This document shows positions 17,617 through 26,605 of a stretch of 36,602 nt of DNA, piece by piece. Under the pieces are notes generated by a model. It made no database searches. It was not told the origin of the DNA and worked only from the letters and a program-made list of their open reading frames with translations. Source of the stretch: Chloroflexota bacterium (lineage in GTDB: Bacteria > Chloroflexota > Limnocylindria > P2-11E); contig JAYVCA010000055.1 of the NCBI GenBank assembly GCA_043750135.1, forward strand, positions 1 to 36,602. The letters run 5' to 3'. Within the stretch, counting starts at the first letter, position 1, and the number at the start of each line of letters is the position of its first letter. The position numbers and the translations under genes were made by a program.

Positions 17617-18131
17617 GCCGGCTCGTCAAGCTCCTTGCGGAGCGTCGCCAGACGCTCTCGCACGGCTCGGTCGCCGAGCCGCTCGGTCCACATGATGAGC
17701 GCATCCTCGTTGTTGTCGCTGTAGTAGCGGCGCCGCACGCCGGCGCGACGGAAGCCATATTTCTCGTAGAGCCGCTGTGCCCCAAGATTCGACGCCCGCA
17801 CCTCGAGGGTGAGCCACTCGGCGCTCATCGCCGCGGCGACCTCGAACAGCCGCTGGAGCAGCCGCTCGCCGATCCGCTGCCGACGGTTGTCGGGATGCAC
17901 CGCGAACGTGGTGATGTGTGCCTCGTCGACCATGAGCCAGAGCCCGCCATACCCAACGATGCGATCGCCGGACCGGGCAACGACGTAGCGCGCGTTCCGA
18001 TTCTGGGTGAGCTCGTGACGGAACGCGTTCGCCGGCCAAGGGACCGGGAACGAGGCCTGCTCGACCGCCTGCACCGCGTCCACGTCACTCAGCGTCATAT
18101 CCGCGATCTCGACCGGGGCGACCGAGACCAT
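17613..18131 (-). CDS. rimI: Ribosomal-protein-alanine N-acetyltransferase (GNAT)
   Basis: Trimmed to ATG 18131 (172 aa). GNAT motif A region RRQRIGERLLQRL. Sits in the conserved position between tsaB and tsaD. Confidence 0.85.
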   Translation of the reverse strand: MVSVAPVEIADMTLSDVDAVQAVEQASFPVPWPANAFRHELTQNRNARYVVARSGDRIVGYGGLWLMVDEAHITTFAVHPDNRRQRIGERLLQRLFEVAAAMSAEWLTLEVRASNLGAQRLYEKYGFRRAGVRRRYYSDNNEDALIMWTERLGDRAVRERLATLRKELDEPA

Positions 18132-18874
18132 CAGGTGGATCGCTTCGGCAGGCCGAGCGCCGCGTCGTCGGCCGGCGGCGGCGCGAATGGCTGATCGAAC
18201 GAGCCCCGGGCCGCGGGCTGGCGCACGTAGATCGGCTCCAGCCCGCCGAGCGTGGTCTGCGGCCGCGCGGCGAGTGCCTGCCAGCCGAGCTCGGCGAGGT
18301 ATCCGGCCCGCCGCATCTGCGCTGCCGGAGTGGCGAAGACCGCCTTGCTTCCGAGCAGGTCGCGGAGCGTGCTCTCGGCGTCGGCGTCGATCTCGCCGAC
18401 GAACAGGGTGTGCGTCCCGATCTGCTGGCACAGCTCGGCGAGCGTCCCGACGATGAACGGCGAGCGCCGCTCCCAATGGCGATTGCGTTCCTGGTAGAAC
18501 GCGGCGTAGTGGCTCGAGCGGCCGGCTGGGAGGATCGGACAGGTCCGGAGCTTCGACGCGGCATGCGGGTAGGCCAGCACGTCGAGCGTCGAAACGCCGA
18601 CGAGCTGCGCTCCGAGGCCGCGGGCGAGCCCTTCGGCCGCCGAGATCGCGACGCGCAGGCCGGTGAAGGAGCCCGGCCCGGTCGCGACGGCGATCTTGTC
18701 GATCGCCGAGAGCGGCGTGCGGGTGCTCGCGAGCAGGCGTTCGATGCTTGGAAAGAGCTCTTCGGCGTGACGCCGCTGCGCGAGCCAGGTCTCCTCGCCC
18801 AGCACCGCGGTCCCGTCGTAGATCGCGACCGAGGCCCACGCGGTCGAGGTGTCGAGAGCGAGCAGCGCGCTCAC
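18131..18874 (-). CDS. tsaB: tRNA threonylcarbamoyladenosine biosynthesis protein TsaB (YeaZ)
   Basis: Trimmed to GTG 18874, which overlaps the tsaE stop (GTGA). LLALDTSTAWASVAIYDG...ATGPGSFTGLRV is the YeaZ signature. Confidence 0.85.
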   Translation of the reverse strand: MSALLALDTSTAWASVAIYDGTAVLGEETWLAQRRHAEELFPSIERLLASTRTPLSAIDKIAVATGPGSFTGLRVAISAAEGLARGLGAQLVGVSTLDVLAYPHAASKLRTCPILPAGRSSHYAAFYQERNRHWERRSPFIVGTLAELCQQIGTHTLFVGEIDADAESTLRDLLGSKAVFATPAAQMRRAGYLAELGWQALAARPQTTLGGLEPIYVRQPAARGSFDQPFAPPPADDAALGLPKRST

Positions 18875-19401
18875 GGACGCTCCGCGAACGCGTCGCCGCG
18901 CAGCGCCTCGAGGAGCCGCGCCGAGCGAGGCCCGGTCGCGGTGAGCGCGACGCGGCGCTTCGACTCGGCGATGTGCTCGATGCGCACGTCCAGACGGTCC
19001 GGCGGGAGGTCGTTGCCGGCCCGGTCGGGCCACTCGATCACCGTGATGCCGCCGGCCTCGAGGCACTCCTCCCATCCGGTGGACCCGAGATCCTCGTGTC
19101 GTAGGCGGTAGAGGTCGAGATGGAACAGCGGGAGCCGGCCGCCGGCGTGCTCGTGCAGGATGATGAAGGTCGGACTGGTCACGGCGTCCTCGTCGATGCC
19201 GAGACCGATCCCGATGCCCCGGGCGAGGACCGTCTTCCCCGCCCCGAGCTCGCCCCAGACGGCGATGACCTCCCCGGGGGCGGCATGCGCGGCAAGCCGC
19301 TCGCCCAAGCGCTCGGTGTGGAGCGACGAATGGCTCAGGAAGTCGATGGACGCCGCGTCATGACCCGACGCCAGTCGCGTGTTCGAATCTGCGCCGTTCA
19401 A
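18871..19401 (-). CDS. tsaE: tRNA threonylcarbamoyladenosine biosynthesis ATPase TsaE (YjeE); start uncertain
   Basis: P-loop GELGAGKT, SPTFIILHEH and HLDLYRL motifs. There is no in-frame ATG or GTG near the expected N-terminus. TTG 19401 is used here and CTG about 30 nt further in is an alternative. Confidence 0.75.
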   Translation of the reverse strand: MNGADSNTRLASGHDAASIDFLSHSSLHTERLGERLAAHAAPGEVIAVWGELGAGKTVLARGIGIGLGIDEDAVTSPTFIILHEHAGGRLPLFHLDLYRLRHEDLGSTGWEECLEAGGITVIEWPDRAGNDLPPDRLDVRIEHIAESKRRVALTATGPRSARLLEALRGDAFAERP

Positions 19402-19726
19402 GAACGAGGCGAATGGTAAGGCCGACGATCGATCCGACGACCGCGGCCCAGAGGCCGAAATACCAGTCCTGGGGCACCGCGCAGGCGATCGCGATGCCGA
19501 GCGTCCCGCAGCCGACCATTCCGGCAAGCGGGACGAACCCTCCGGCGAGGATGCCGGCCCGCAGGCGGCGGAGCCGCTTCGTCGTCGCAAGATAACGCTC
19601 GCGGCGCAGGATCTCGGCCTTCTCCGCTTTGTCGGTCTTTCGGGGCCGGGGCGCCGGATGTGAGGCCCGCCGGCCCTCGGCGGCGGTGTGGCGGGCACCC
19701 TGCCCGCGCCTACGCCGGGCGGGCAT
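19358..19726 (-). CDS. Hypothetical membrane protein (basic N-terminus, two predicted TM helices)
   Basis: 122 aa. GILAGGFVPLAGMVGCGTLGIAIACAV and YFGLWAAVVGSIVGLTIRLVL are hydrophobic helices. Codon third positions are mostly G/C. No family was recognised. Confidence 0.45.
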   Translation of the reverse strand: MPARRRRGQGARHTAAEGRRASHPAPRPRKTDKAEKAEILRRERYLATTKRLRRLRAGILAGGFVPLAGMVGCGTLGIAIACAVPQDWYFGLWAAVVGSIVGLTIRLVLERRRFEHATGVGS

Positions 19727-19735
19727 CGCCGGCCG

Positions 19736-19789
19736 TCATCTCGCTCATCTCGCTCATCTCGCTCATCGGGCTCATCGTGGGCATCTCCT
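19736..19789. repeat. Six tandem 9-bp units (tcatctcgc x3 exact, then 3 degenerate)
   Basis: Read directly. On the minus strand the units give ATG every 9 nt in one frame (MPTMSPMSEMSEMSEM...). Confidence 0.9.
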
Positions 19790-20812
19790 CTAGCGGGGCG
19801 CGTCGATCGGCAGGACATTCGCCGCGGGAACGAATCCGTCGCCGGTGTCGATCGCGTCGGCATCGATCTCGCTGGGAAAGCGGATCACTCCGGCGAACGA
19901 CCCACCGCTCTCGAACGGGCGGACCCCGCCGAAGTCGCTGGCCAGCAGGAGCTCGGGGGTGTCGGCGTCCCCGACCGGCAGGTCGGCGGGGGCGAACACG
20001 AGCAACCGGGCCGACGCGGTATGGATCGCCGCACGGCTGCCGGACAATGCGACGAGGCCGAGGTGCACCGGCAGCGGTAGCGGTGCGCTGCCGAAACCGA
20101 GGAGACAGAGGACCGTCGGCCGGTCGTCCGCGGCGCTCTGTCCACGAGCCCCGACGTCGTCTCCGTAGACCACGCGCAGCCCGCCCGCCGGGACGCCGCC
20201 GGCCACCAGCCCGCTGACGCCGCAGGCGTGCGCGCGGGTGATCGCCTCAGCGGCGACGCGCGTGCCTCCAACGACGATCCGATCGCGTAGGCGCACGTCG
20301 ATGCGCGACGGAGCGAGCTCGTCCAGCGGGGCGTCGACACCGACATACAGGTCGCCGATCGCGTCGGGGCCGTAGCCGGCGATGCCCCCCAGCGCCCACG
20401 CGTCACCCTCGACGGTCACCGCGCCATCGTCGGAGCGAACGACGGTGCCGTCCATCGCCGAGCGGATCGACCAGCGTCCGGTGACCGGCGCGACGAAGAG
20501 GTCGCCCGAGGCGGTGCGGTGTAGGACGCGGCCATCGACCGGCGCGATGGCCGCCCGCGCGAGCCGGCGGCCGGTCCGCGCGAGGACCGTCCCCCGGGAC
20601 ACCTCGGCACCGACCGCGACGCGCATGACGCGATCGAGATCCGGGGGCGTCAGGCCCAGGGCCCGTGCGCCACTGACCCGGCGCGGCGAGCCCAGCGTCG
20701 TCCCGGCGGCGACCATGTCGCCGGCGCGCACCAGGTCGCCGACCGCCGCGCGGGTCGCCACGCCGAGCGGGAATGCGTGGGTGACGCTGGTGTGACCGTA
20801 CCGCCAGGTCAC
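19790..20812 (-). CDS. Hypothetical protein with repeated barrel-sandwich (biotinyl/lipoyl-like) sequence patterns
   Basis: Trimmed to GTG 20812, which overlaps the upstream stop (GTGA); 340 aa. Patterns such as VGDLVRAGDMVAAG, VGAEVSRGTVLA and APVDGRVL recur. No family was confidently recognised. Confidence 0.55.
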   Translation of the reverse strand: MTWRYGHTSVTHAFPLGVATRAAVGDLVRAGDMVAAGTTLGSPRRVSGARALGLTPPDLDRVMRVAVGAEVSRGTVLARTGRRLARAAIAPVDGRVLHRTASGDLFVAPVTGRWSIRSAMDGTVVRSDDGAVTVEGDAWALGGIAGYGPDAIGDLYVGVDAPLDELAPSRIDVRLRDRIVVGGTRVAAEAITRAHACGVSGLVAGGVPAGGLRVVYGDDVGARGQSAADDRPTVLCLLGFGSAPLPLPVHLGLVALSGSRAAIHTASARLLVFAPADLPVGDADTPELLLASDFGGVRPFESGGSFAGVIRFPSEIDADAIDTGDGFVPAANVLPIDAPR

Positions 20813-22326
20813 GGCTCGGGCTCCGGCGCGAGCGCGTCGAGGGCGGCGTACCAGCGGGCGACCGTCGGCACGCGCTCGGCGTCCCGCAGCGGGAGCGCGA
20901 CCGGACGACCGCGCACGTCGACCACGACGCCGCACGATCCGGCGATCCCGCGGACCAGAAGCGCGGCGCCGGGAAGCCGGACCTCGACCGCGCCGGTCGC
21001 CGGGACCGAGAACAGCGCACCCCGATCGAGCGCCGCATCACGAAGACCCTCGGATCCGTCCACCGTGACGCGCCCCTTCCGCGAGGGCGCGGCCGGCACG
21101 AGGAAGGCAAGTGGGACGGACGCGCCCGCGGCGGCACCGGCGAGGACCCGGAGCGGGTCGCCGCCATCCACGGCTCGCATCCGCGTGGCAAGGCCGCCGA
21201 TCGCGAGGAGCGCGTCATCGCCGTCGCGAGACAACGACGCTGCGCCGGTGAGCGTGAGCGCGTCGGCGGCGAGCAGCACCCCTTGCGACGCGCGCGGGAC
21301 GCCCGCGGCGACTCCGCACAGCGCGACCGTCCGCGTCGTGCGGAGCGTGGCGCCGAGGCCGATCGCGTCGGCCTCGCCCAGGAGGTGCCCGATCGCCTCG
21401 TGCGCGAGTGCCAGGACCAGGATGAGCCCCAGGCGATCCGCCGGAACGGCGTCCGGCCAGCGGGCGCGATTGAAGACCCGCTCGAGGAGCGTCGGCGCGT
21501 CGACCGCCCAGGGGATCCACCGCCGGACCGCGTCGAGGCCGGCGCGGGCGACCACGCGATCGGCGCCCGAGCCGCAGCCCAGGCCGGGCGCATGCACCGC
21601 CGTCACCTCGCCCGCAGCGGTGGCGTGCGCGACGGACGTGCTCCCGCCCGCCACGTCGACCACGAGCGCGGCTGCGCCGTCCCGGGCGGCCAGAAGACGC
21701 GCGACCTCCTCGACCGCCTCATCGCGCAGGACGAGCGCCGGGTCGGTGCCTCGCCGGAGGTCGCGGACCCGCCGGACGAGCGCCGATCGGCCATCGGGCC
21801 GGCGGGGATCAGGCAGGATCTCCACCGCGAGCCCGCCTCCCGCGGCGCGCAGCCGGGCCAGCGCGCGCGCGTCGCCGGAAACGAGCAGGCGTGGGGCCGC
21901 ACCGACCTCATGACAGCCATAGCGCAGCGCTTCGACGAGCAGCTCGACGCCATCGGCGTCGCGCCGATGATCGGCGACGTGCGCGACGACCAGGTCTGGT
22001 CGCCCGGCACGGAGCACCTCCGCCTCCTCGGTGAAGGACAACGCCCCGCGTACGGTGCGTACCGCGACCAGCTCGGCCCCCGCCGCAAGCAGCGCGCCGC
22101 GCAGGGCTCGCTCGGCGGCGGCATCGGCGCCGCAGAGGATCGCGACGCGGACCGGATGACCGGTCGCCACGACCAGGTGGGCCAGGCCGGATGGCGTTTC
22201 TCCCCACCGGACGGTGGTCGGATCGGAGAGCACCGCGACGCCGTCGTGATCGATCGCCTCCCAGCGGATCAGGCGAGCCTCGTGGGCGACGTCGACCGTC
22301 GCCCGCTCTCGACGGTCGGCGGTCAC
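20809..22326 (-). CDS. ASKHA-fold protein, glutamate mutase L (GlmL/MutL-family, not mismatch repair) or hydantoinase-A-like, with degenerate N-terminal phosphate motif
   Basis: Trimmed to GTG 22326, which overlaps the amidotransferase stop (GTGA); 505 aa. ALVVDVAGGSTSVAHA resembles the DxGG(A/T)(T/S)TD motif. The N-terminal DxGST-type motif is replaced by VAILCGAD. Confidence 0.5.
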   Translation of the reverse strand: MTADRRERATVDVAHEARLIRWEAIDHDGVAVLSDPTTVRWGETPSGLAHLVVATGHPVRVAILCGADAAAERALRGALLAAGAELVAVRTVRGALSFTEEAEVLRAGRPDLVVAHVADHRRDADGVELLVEALRYGCHEVGAAPRLLVSGDARALARLRAAGGGLAVEILPDPRRPDGRSALVRRVRDLRRGTDPALVLRDEAVEEVARLLAARDGAAALVVDVAGGSTSVAHATAAGEVTAVHAPGLGCGSGADRVVARAGLDAVRRWIPWAVDAPTLLERVFNRARWPDAVPADRLGLILVLALAHEAIGHLLGEADAIGLGATLRTTRTVALCGVAAGVPRASQGVLLAADALTLTGAASLSRDGDDALLAIGGLATRMRAVDGGDPLRVLAGAAAGASVPLAFLVPAAPSRKGRVTVDGSEGLRDAALDRGALFSVPATGAVEVRLPGAALLVRGIAGSCGVVVDVRGRPVALPLRDAERVPTVARWYAALDALAPEPEP

Positions 22327-23021
22327 CGTGCCGCGGCGGAGGCGGAGACGGAGACGGCTGTCACGGCGGCGGCAAAGGCGCGGAAGACTCCCTTCGCCTC
22401 GGGCGCAAGGTCGGAACGCTCGGGATGCCATTGCACACCAACGAGCCAGGGTCGCGCCGCGGCATCGATTTCCTCGAAGGCTTCGACCAGGCCATCGATC
22501 CGGGCGGTCGCGCGGAGACCCGGCGCCAGCGTCGCGTCGGTGACCGCCTGGTGGTGGTAGGAGTTCACCTGATGCGGGGCCGCACCCGACGCCTGGGCGA
22601 GGAGCGAATCCGGCGCCGCGGTCACAAGGTGCGGGACGAGCGGGCCGTGCTCATCCGAATGACCGGCACGGTGCTGCACCAGCGACCCGCCCAGCGCGAC
22701 GTTCACCAGCTGGAACCCACGGCAGATGGCGAGGATCGGGATGCCGCGCGCCCGGGCCAGCGCGAACAGCGCGAATTCGGTCTCGTCGCGCTCGGGGAAT
22801 GGCGGCTCCGATCCGTCCGGCACCGCGCCGTAGCGCTCTGGCGCAACGTCCTCACCCCCGGAGAGGCAGAGGCCGGAGATGTCTTGCGGAAGCGCATCGC
22901 CCGGCTCGACGGCGACGACGGCGAGGCCCACGTCGGTCAGGCCGCGGAGGTAGAGGTCGCGCGCCCAGCGGCATCGTGGGCGATCGTGGCCGCAGAGGGT
23001 GAGGGCGACCGGTCGGCTCAT
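22323..23021 (-). CDS. Class I glutamine amidotransferase / peptidase C26 (gamma-glutamyl hydrolase, PuuD-like)
   Basis: 232 aa. Nucleophile elbow ILAICRGFQLVNVALGG. C-terminal VGVQWHPE catalytic His-Glu motif. Confidence 0.85.
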   Translation of the reverse strand: MSRPVALTLCGHDRPRCRWARDLYLRGLTDVGLAVVAVEPGDALPQDISGLCLSGGEDVAPERYGAVPDGSEPPFPERDETEFALFALARARGIPILAICRGFQLVNVALGGSLVQHRAGHSDEHGPLVPHLVTAAPDSLLAQASGAAPHQVNSYHHQAVTDATLAPGLRATARIDGLVEAFEEIDAAARPWLVGVQWHPERSDLAPEAKGVFRAFAAAVTAVSVSASAAAR

Positions 23022-23128
23022 GGCGAAAGTATGCCGTCGATCGGACGACGGGGTCGTACCCGCTGCTGGTCCACCGTGAGGAGCGCGCGATCCCCGTCAG
23101 CGCGGCGTGCCGTGCGCGCGGCTCGGGT

Positions 23129-23157
23129 GTTGACTCCCCGGCCCTCGGGTCGTATAC
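23129..23157 (+). promoter_or_regulatory. Candidate sigma-70-type promoter for the arsR cassette (TTGACT-17 nt-TATACA), giving a near-leaderless mRNA
   Basis: TTGACT at 23129-23134, 17-nt spacer, TATACA at 23152-23157. The ATG at 23170 is only 12 nt after the -10 and has no SD. Confidence 0.4.
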
Positions 23158-23169
23158 AACCACTTAGAT

Positions 23170-23571
23170 ATGCAACCAGTTAGTTATGGACCGCGAGCAG
23201 GGAGCCGCCTCGACGCGACGTTCGCCGCTCTTGCCAGCCCGACCCGCCGGGCGATCCTCGCCCGGCTCGCCTCCAAAGAGGCGTGCGTGACGGAGCTCGC
23301 GGAGCCGTTCGCGATGAGCCAGGCCGCGGTGTCGAAGCACCTGAAGGTGCTCGAGCGCGCCGGCCTTATCTCACGCGGCCGCGACGCGCAGCGCCGGCCG
23401 TCACGGATCGAGGCGAAGCCGCTCGCCGAGGCGACGGAATGGCTGGAGCGCTACCGGAAGATCTGGGAGGGCAATTACCGGCGGCTCGACGCCCTCCTCG
23501 CGGAGCTGCAGGCCGACCTGAAGGACGTCCGCACGACACGTGAAAAGAACAAAGGAGGGCATCGACGATGA
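23170..23571 (+). CDS. ArsR/SmtB-family transcriptional regulator
   Basis: 133 aa. FAALASPTRRAILARL...VTELAEPFAMSQAAVSKHLKVLERAGLI is the winged-HTH ArsR signature. Confidence 0.88.
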   Translation: MQPVSYGPRAGSRLDATFAALASPTRRAILARLASKEACVTELAEPFAMSQAAVSKHLKVLERAGLISRGRDAQRRPSRIEAKPLAEATEWLERYRKIWEGNYRRLDALLAELQADLKDVRTTREKNKGGHRR

Positions 23572-24071
23572 CAGGTACCGGAACCCTGCAGATCGCCACA
23601 CCCACGGACCGCGAGATCGTCATGACGCGGGTCTTCGACGCGCCGCCCGACCTCGTCTTCGATGCCTGGACGAAGCCCGAGCTGCTGAAACGCTGGCTCG
23701 GGGTCCGCAACGGCTGGACCTTCGCGGTCTGTGAGGTCGACCTCCGCGTCGGGGGCGCCTATCGGTACGTCTGGCGCGGACCGGAAGGGAACGAGATGGG
23801 CCTGGGCGGCGTGTTTCGCGAGATCGTGCGCCCCGAGTCCGTCGTCAACACCGAGAAGTTCGACGAATCCTGGTATCCGGGCGAGGCGCTCGTCACGCTC
23901 GTGCTCGTCGAGAGCGATGGAAAGACCACCGGTACGAGCACGGCCCGCTACGAGTCGAAGGAGGCCCGTGACAGCGTGCTCCGGTCAGGGATGGAGGTTG
24001 GTGTCGCCGAGAGCTACGACCAGCTCGACCAGATCCTGGCATCGCTGCCGAAGACGAAAGGAGGAATCTGA
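23568..24071 (+). CDS. SRPBCC-superfamily protein (AHSA1/START-like)
   Basis: 167 aa. VFDAPPDLVFDAWTKPELLKRW is the AHSA1-type N-terminus. ATGA overlap with arsR, which is a common ArsR-SRPBCC pairing. Confidence 0.85.
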   Translation: MTGTGTLQIATPTDREIVMTRVFDAPPDLVFDAWTKPELLKRWLGVRNGWTFAVCEVDLRVGGAYRYVWRGPEGNEMGLGGVFREIVRPESVVNTEKFDESWYPGEALVTLVLVESDGKTTGTSTARYESKEARDSVLRSGMEVGVAESYDQLDQILASLPKTKGGI

Positions 24072-24520
24072 TGCAGAAGATCACCACGTTCCTGACCTAC
24101 ACCGACCGCGCGGAGGAGGCCGCGAACTTCTACGTCTCCCTGTTCAAGAACTCGAAGGTCGAGAACACGATGCGCGCCGGCGATGCCGTGATCAGCGTCT
24201 CCTTCAGGCTGGAGGGCCAGGAGTTCATCGCGCTGAACGGCGGACCGTCGTTCAGCTTCGCTCAGGGCATCTCGCTCTTCGTGAGCTGTGCCACGCAGCA
24301 GGAGATCGACGAGCTCTACGACAGGTTGTCTGCGGGCGGTGAGAAGGAGCCATGCGGCTGGCTCAAGGACCGGTTCGGCGTCTCCTGGCAGGTGGTGCCG
24401 CCGATCCTCGGCGAACTGCTCGGAGACAGCGACCCGGAGAAGGCGAGCCGCGTTCTCGAGGCCATGCTGAAGATGCAGAAGATCGAGATCGCCGAGCTGG
24501 AGCGAGCACATAAGGGGTGA
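24071..24520 (+). CDS. VOC/glyoxalase-superfamily protein (PhnB / 3-demethylubiquinone-9 3-methyltransferase-domain-like)
   Basis: 149 aa. ITTFLTY...AEEAANFYVSLF...FIALNGGP...CGWLKDRFGVSWQVVP matches this family pattern. Confidence 0.8.
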   Translation: MQKITTFLTYTDRAEEAANFYVSLFKNSKVENTMRAGDAVISVSFRLEGQEFIALNGGPSFSFAQGISLFVSCATQQEIDELYDRLSAGGEKEPCGWLKDRFGVSWQVVPPILGELLGDSDPEKASRVLEAMLKMQKIEIAELERAHKG

Positions 24521-24960
24521 TCAGGCACGCGGATCCTCGTGCAGCGTCGCCCGGTCGATGAGCTCGATGAGCACGCCGTCGGCGGCGCGCGGATGCAGGA
24601 AGGCCACGTCACCGTGCGCGCCGGTGCGCGGCTCACGGTCCACCAGCTCGACGCCGGACGCGGCAAGATCGCGGAGCGTCCCCGCGAGGTCGTCGGCGAT
24701 GAAGCAGAGGTGATGGAGCGTGGGCCGTCCACGTGCTGCGAGGAAGGTCGCCACACCCGACGTGGTGTCCAATGGCTCGATGAGCTCGATCCGGCTCGTC
24801 CCGGCGACGAGGAAGACCGCGCGCACACGCTGATCGGGCAGGTCCTGGACCGGACCGGCGACGAGACCCAGGGTCTCGCGATAGAAGGGGAGCGCCGCGG
24901 CGATCGACGGGACCACGACCGCGACGTGGTGCAGCTCGCCGGGGAGCGGGGTGCGGCCGG

Positions 24961-24964
<4 letters not shown>
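24521..24964 (-). CDS. Methylmalonyl-CoA epimerase (VOC family)
   Basis: 147 aa. [11 protein letters not shown]...IELIEP...LHHLCF...GVLIELI. GTGA overlap with the mutase gene upstream. Confidence 0.85.
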
Positions 24965-26556
<1,592 letters not shown>

Positions 26557-26605
26557 CGGATGCTAGGACGCCAGGGCGGCGGGAGCGGGCGAAGGGTCCC
26601 GGCGC

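Noticed and set aside
17613-18839. N-terminal extensions of track ORFs that overlap the preceding gene by hundreds of nt: 17613..18839, 18131..19075, 18871..19863, 8189..9301, 27982..29424, 34694..35884, 19790..20935, 20809..22431, 12287..13495, 16157..16723 and 5394..7175.
   Set aside because: The extended parts are Arg/Pro-rich and out of frame with real upstream genes. In each case except 5394..7175 an internal ATG, GTG or TTG reproduces the family-typical N-terminus, and most of these sit exactly at a 1-4 nt overlap with the upstream stop. The shorter models were used. For 5394..7175 only a CTG (6968) or a GTG (7043) is available.
20809-22326. Reading 'MutL' as DNA mismatch repair protein MutL.
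   Set aside because: The similarity is to the ASKHA-fold glutamate mutase L (GlmL) / hydantoinase-A type motif (DxGGxTxD-like). No GHKL ATPase motifs of mismatch-repair MutL are present.
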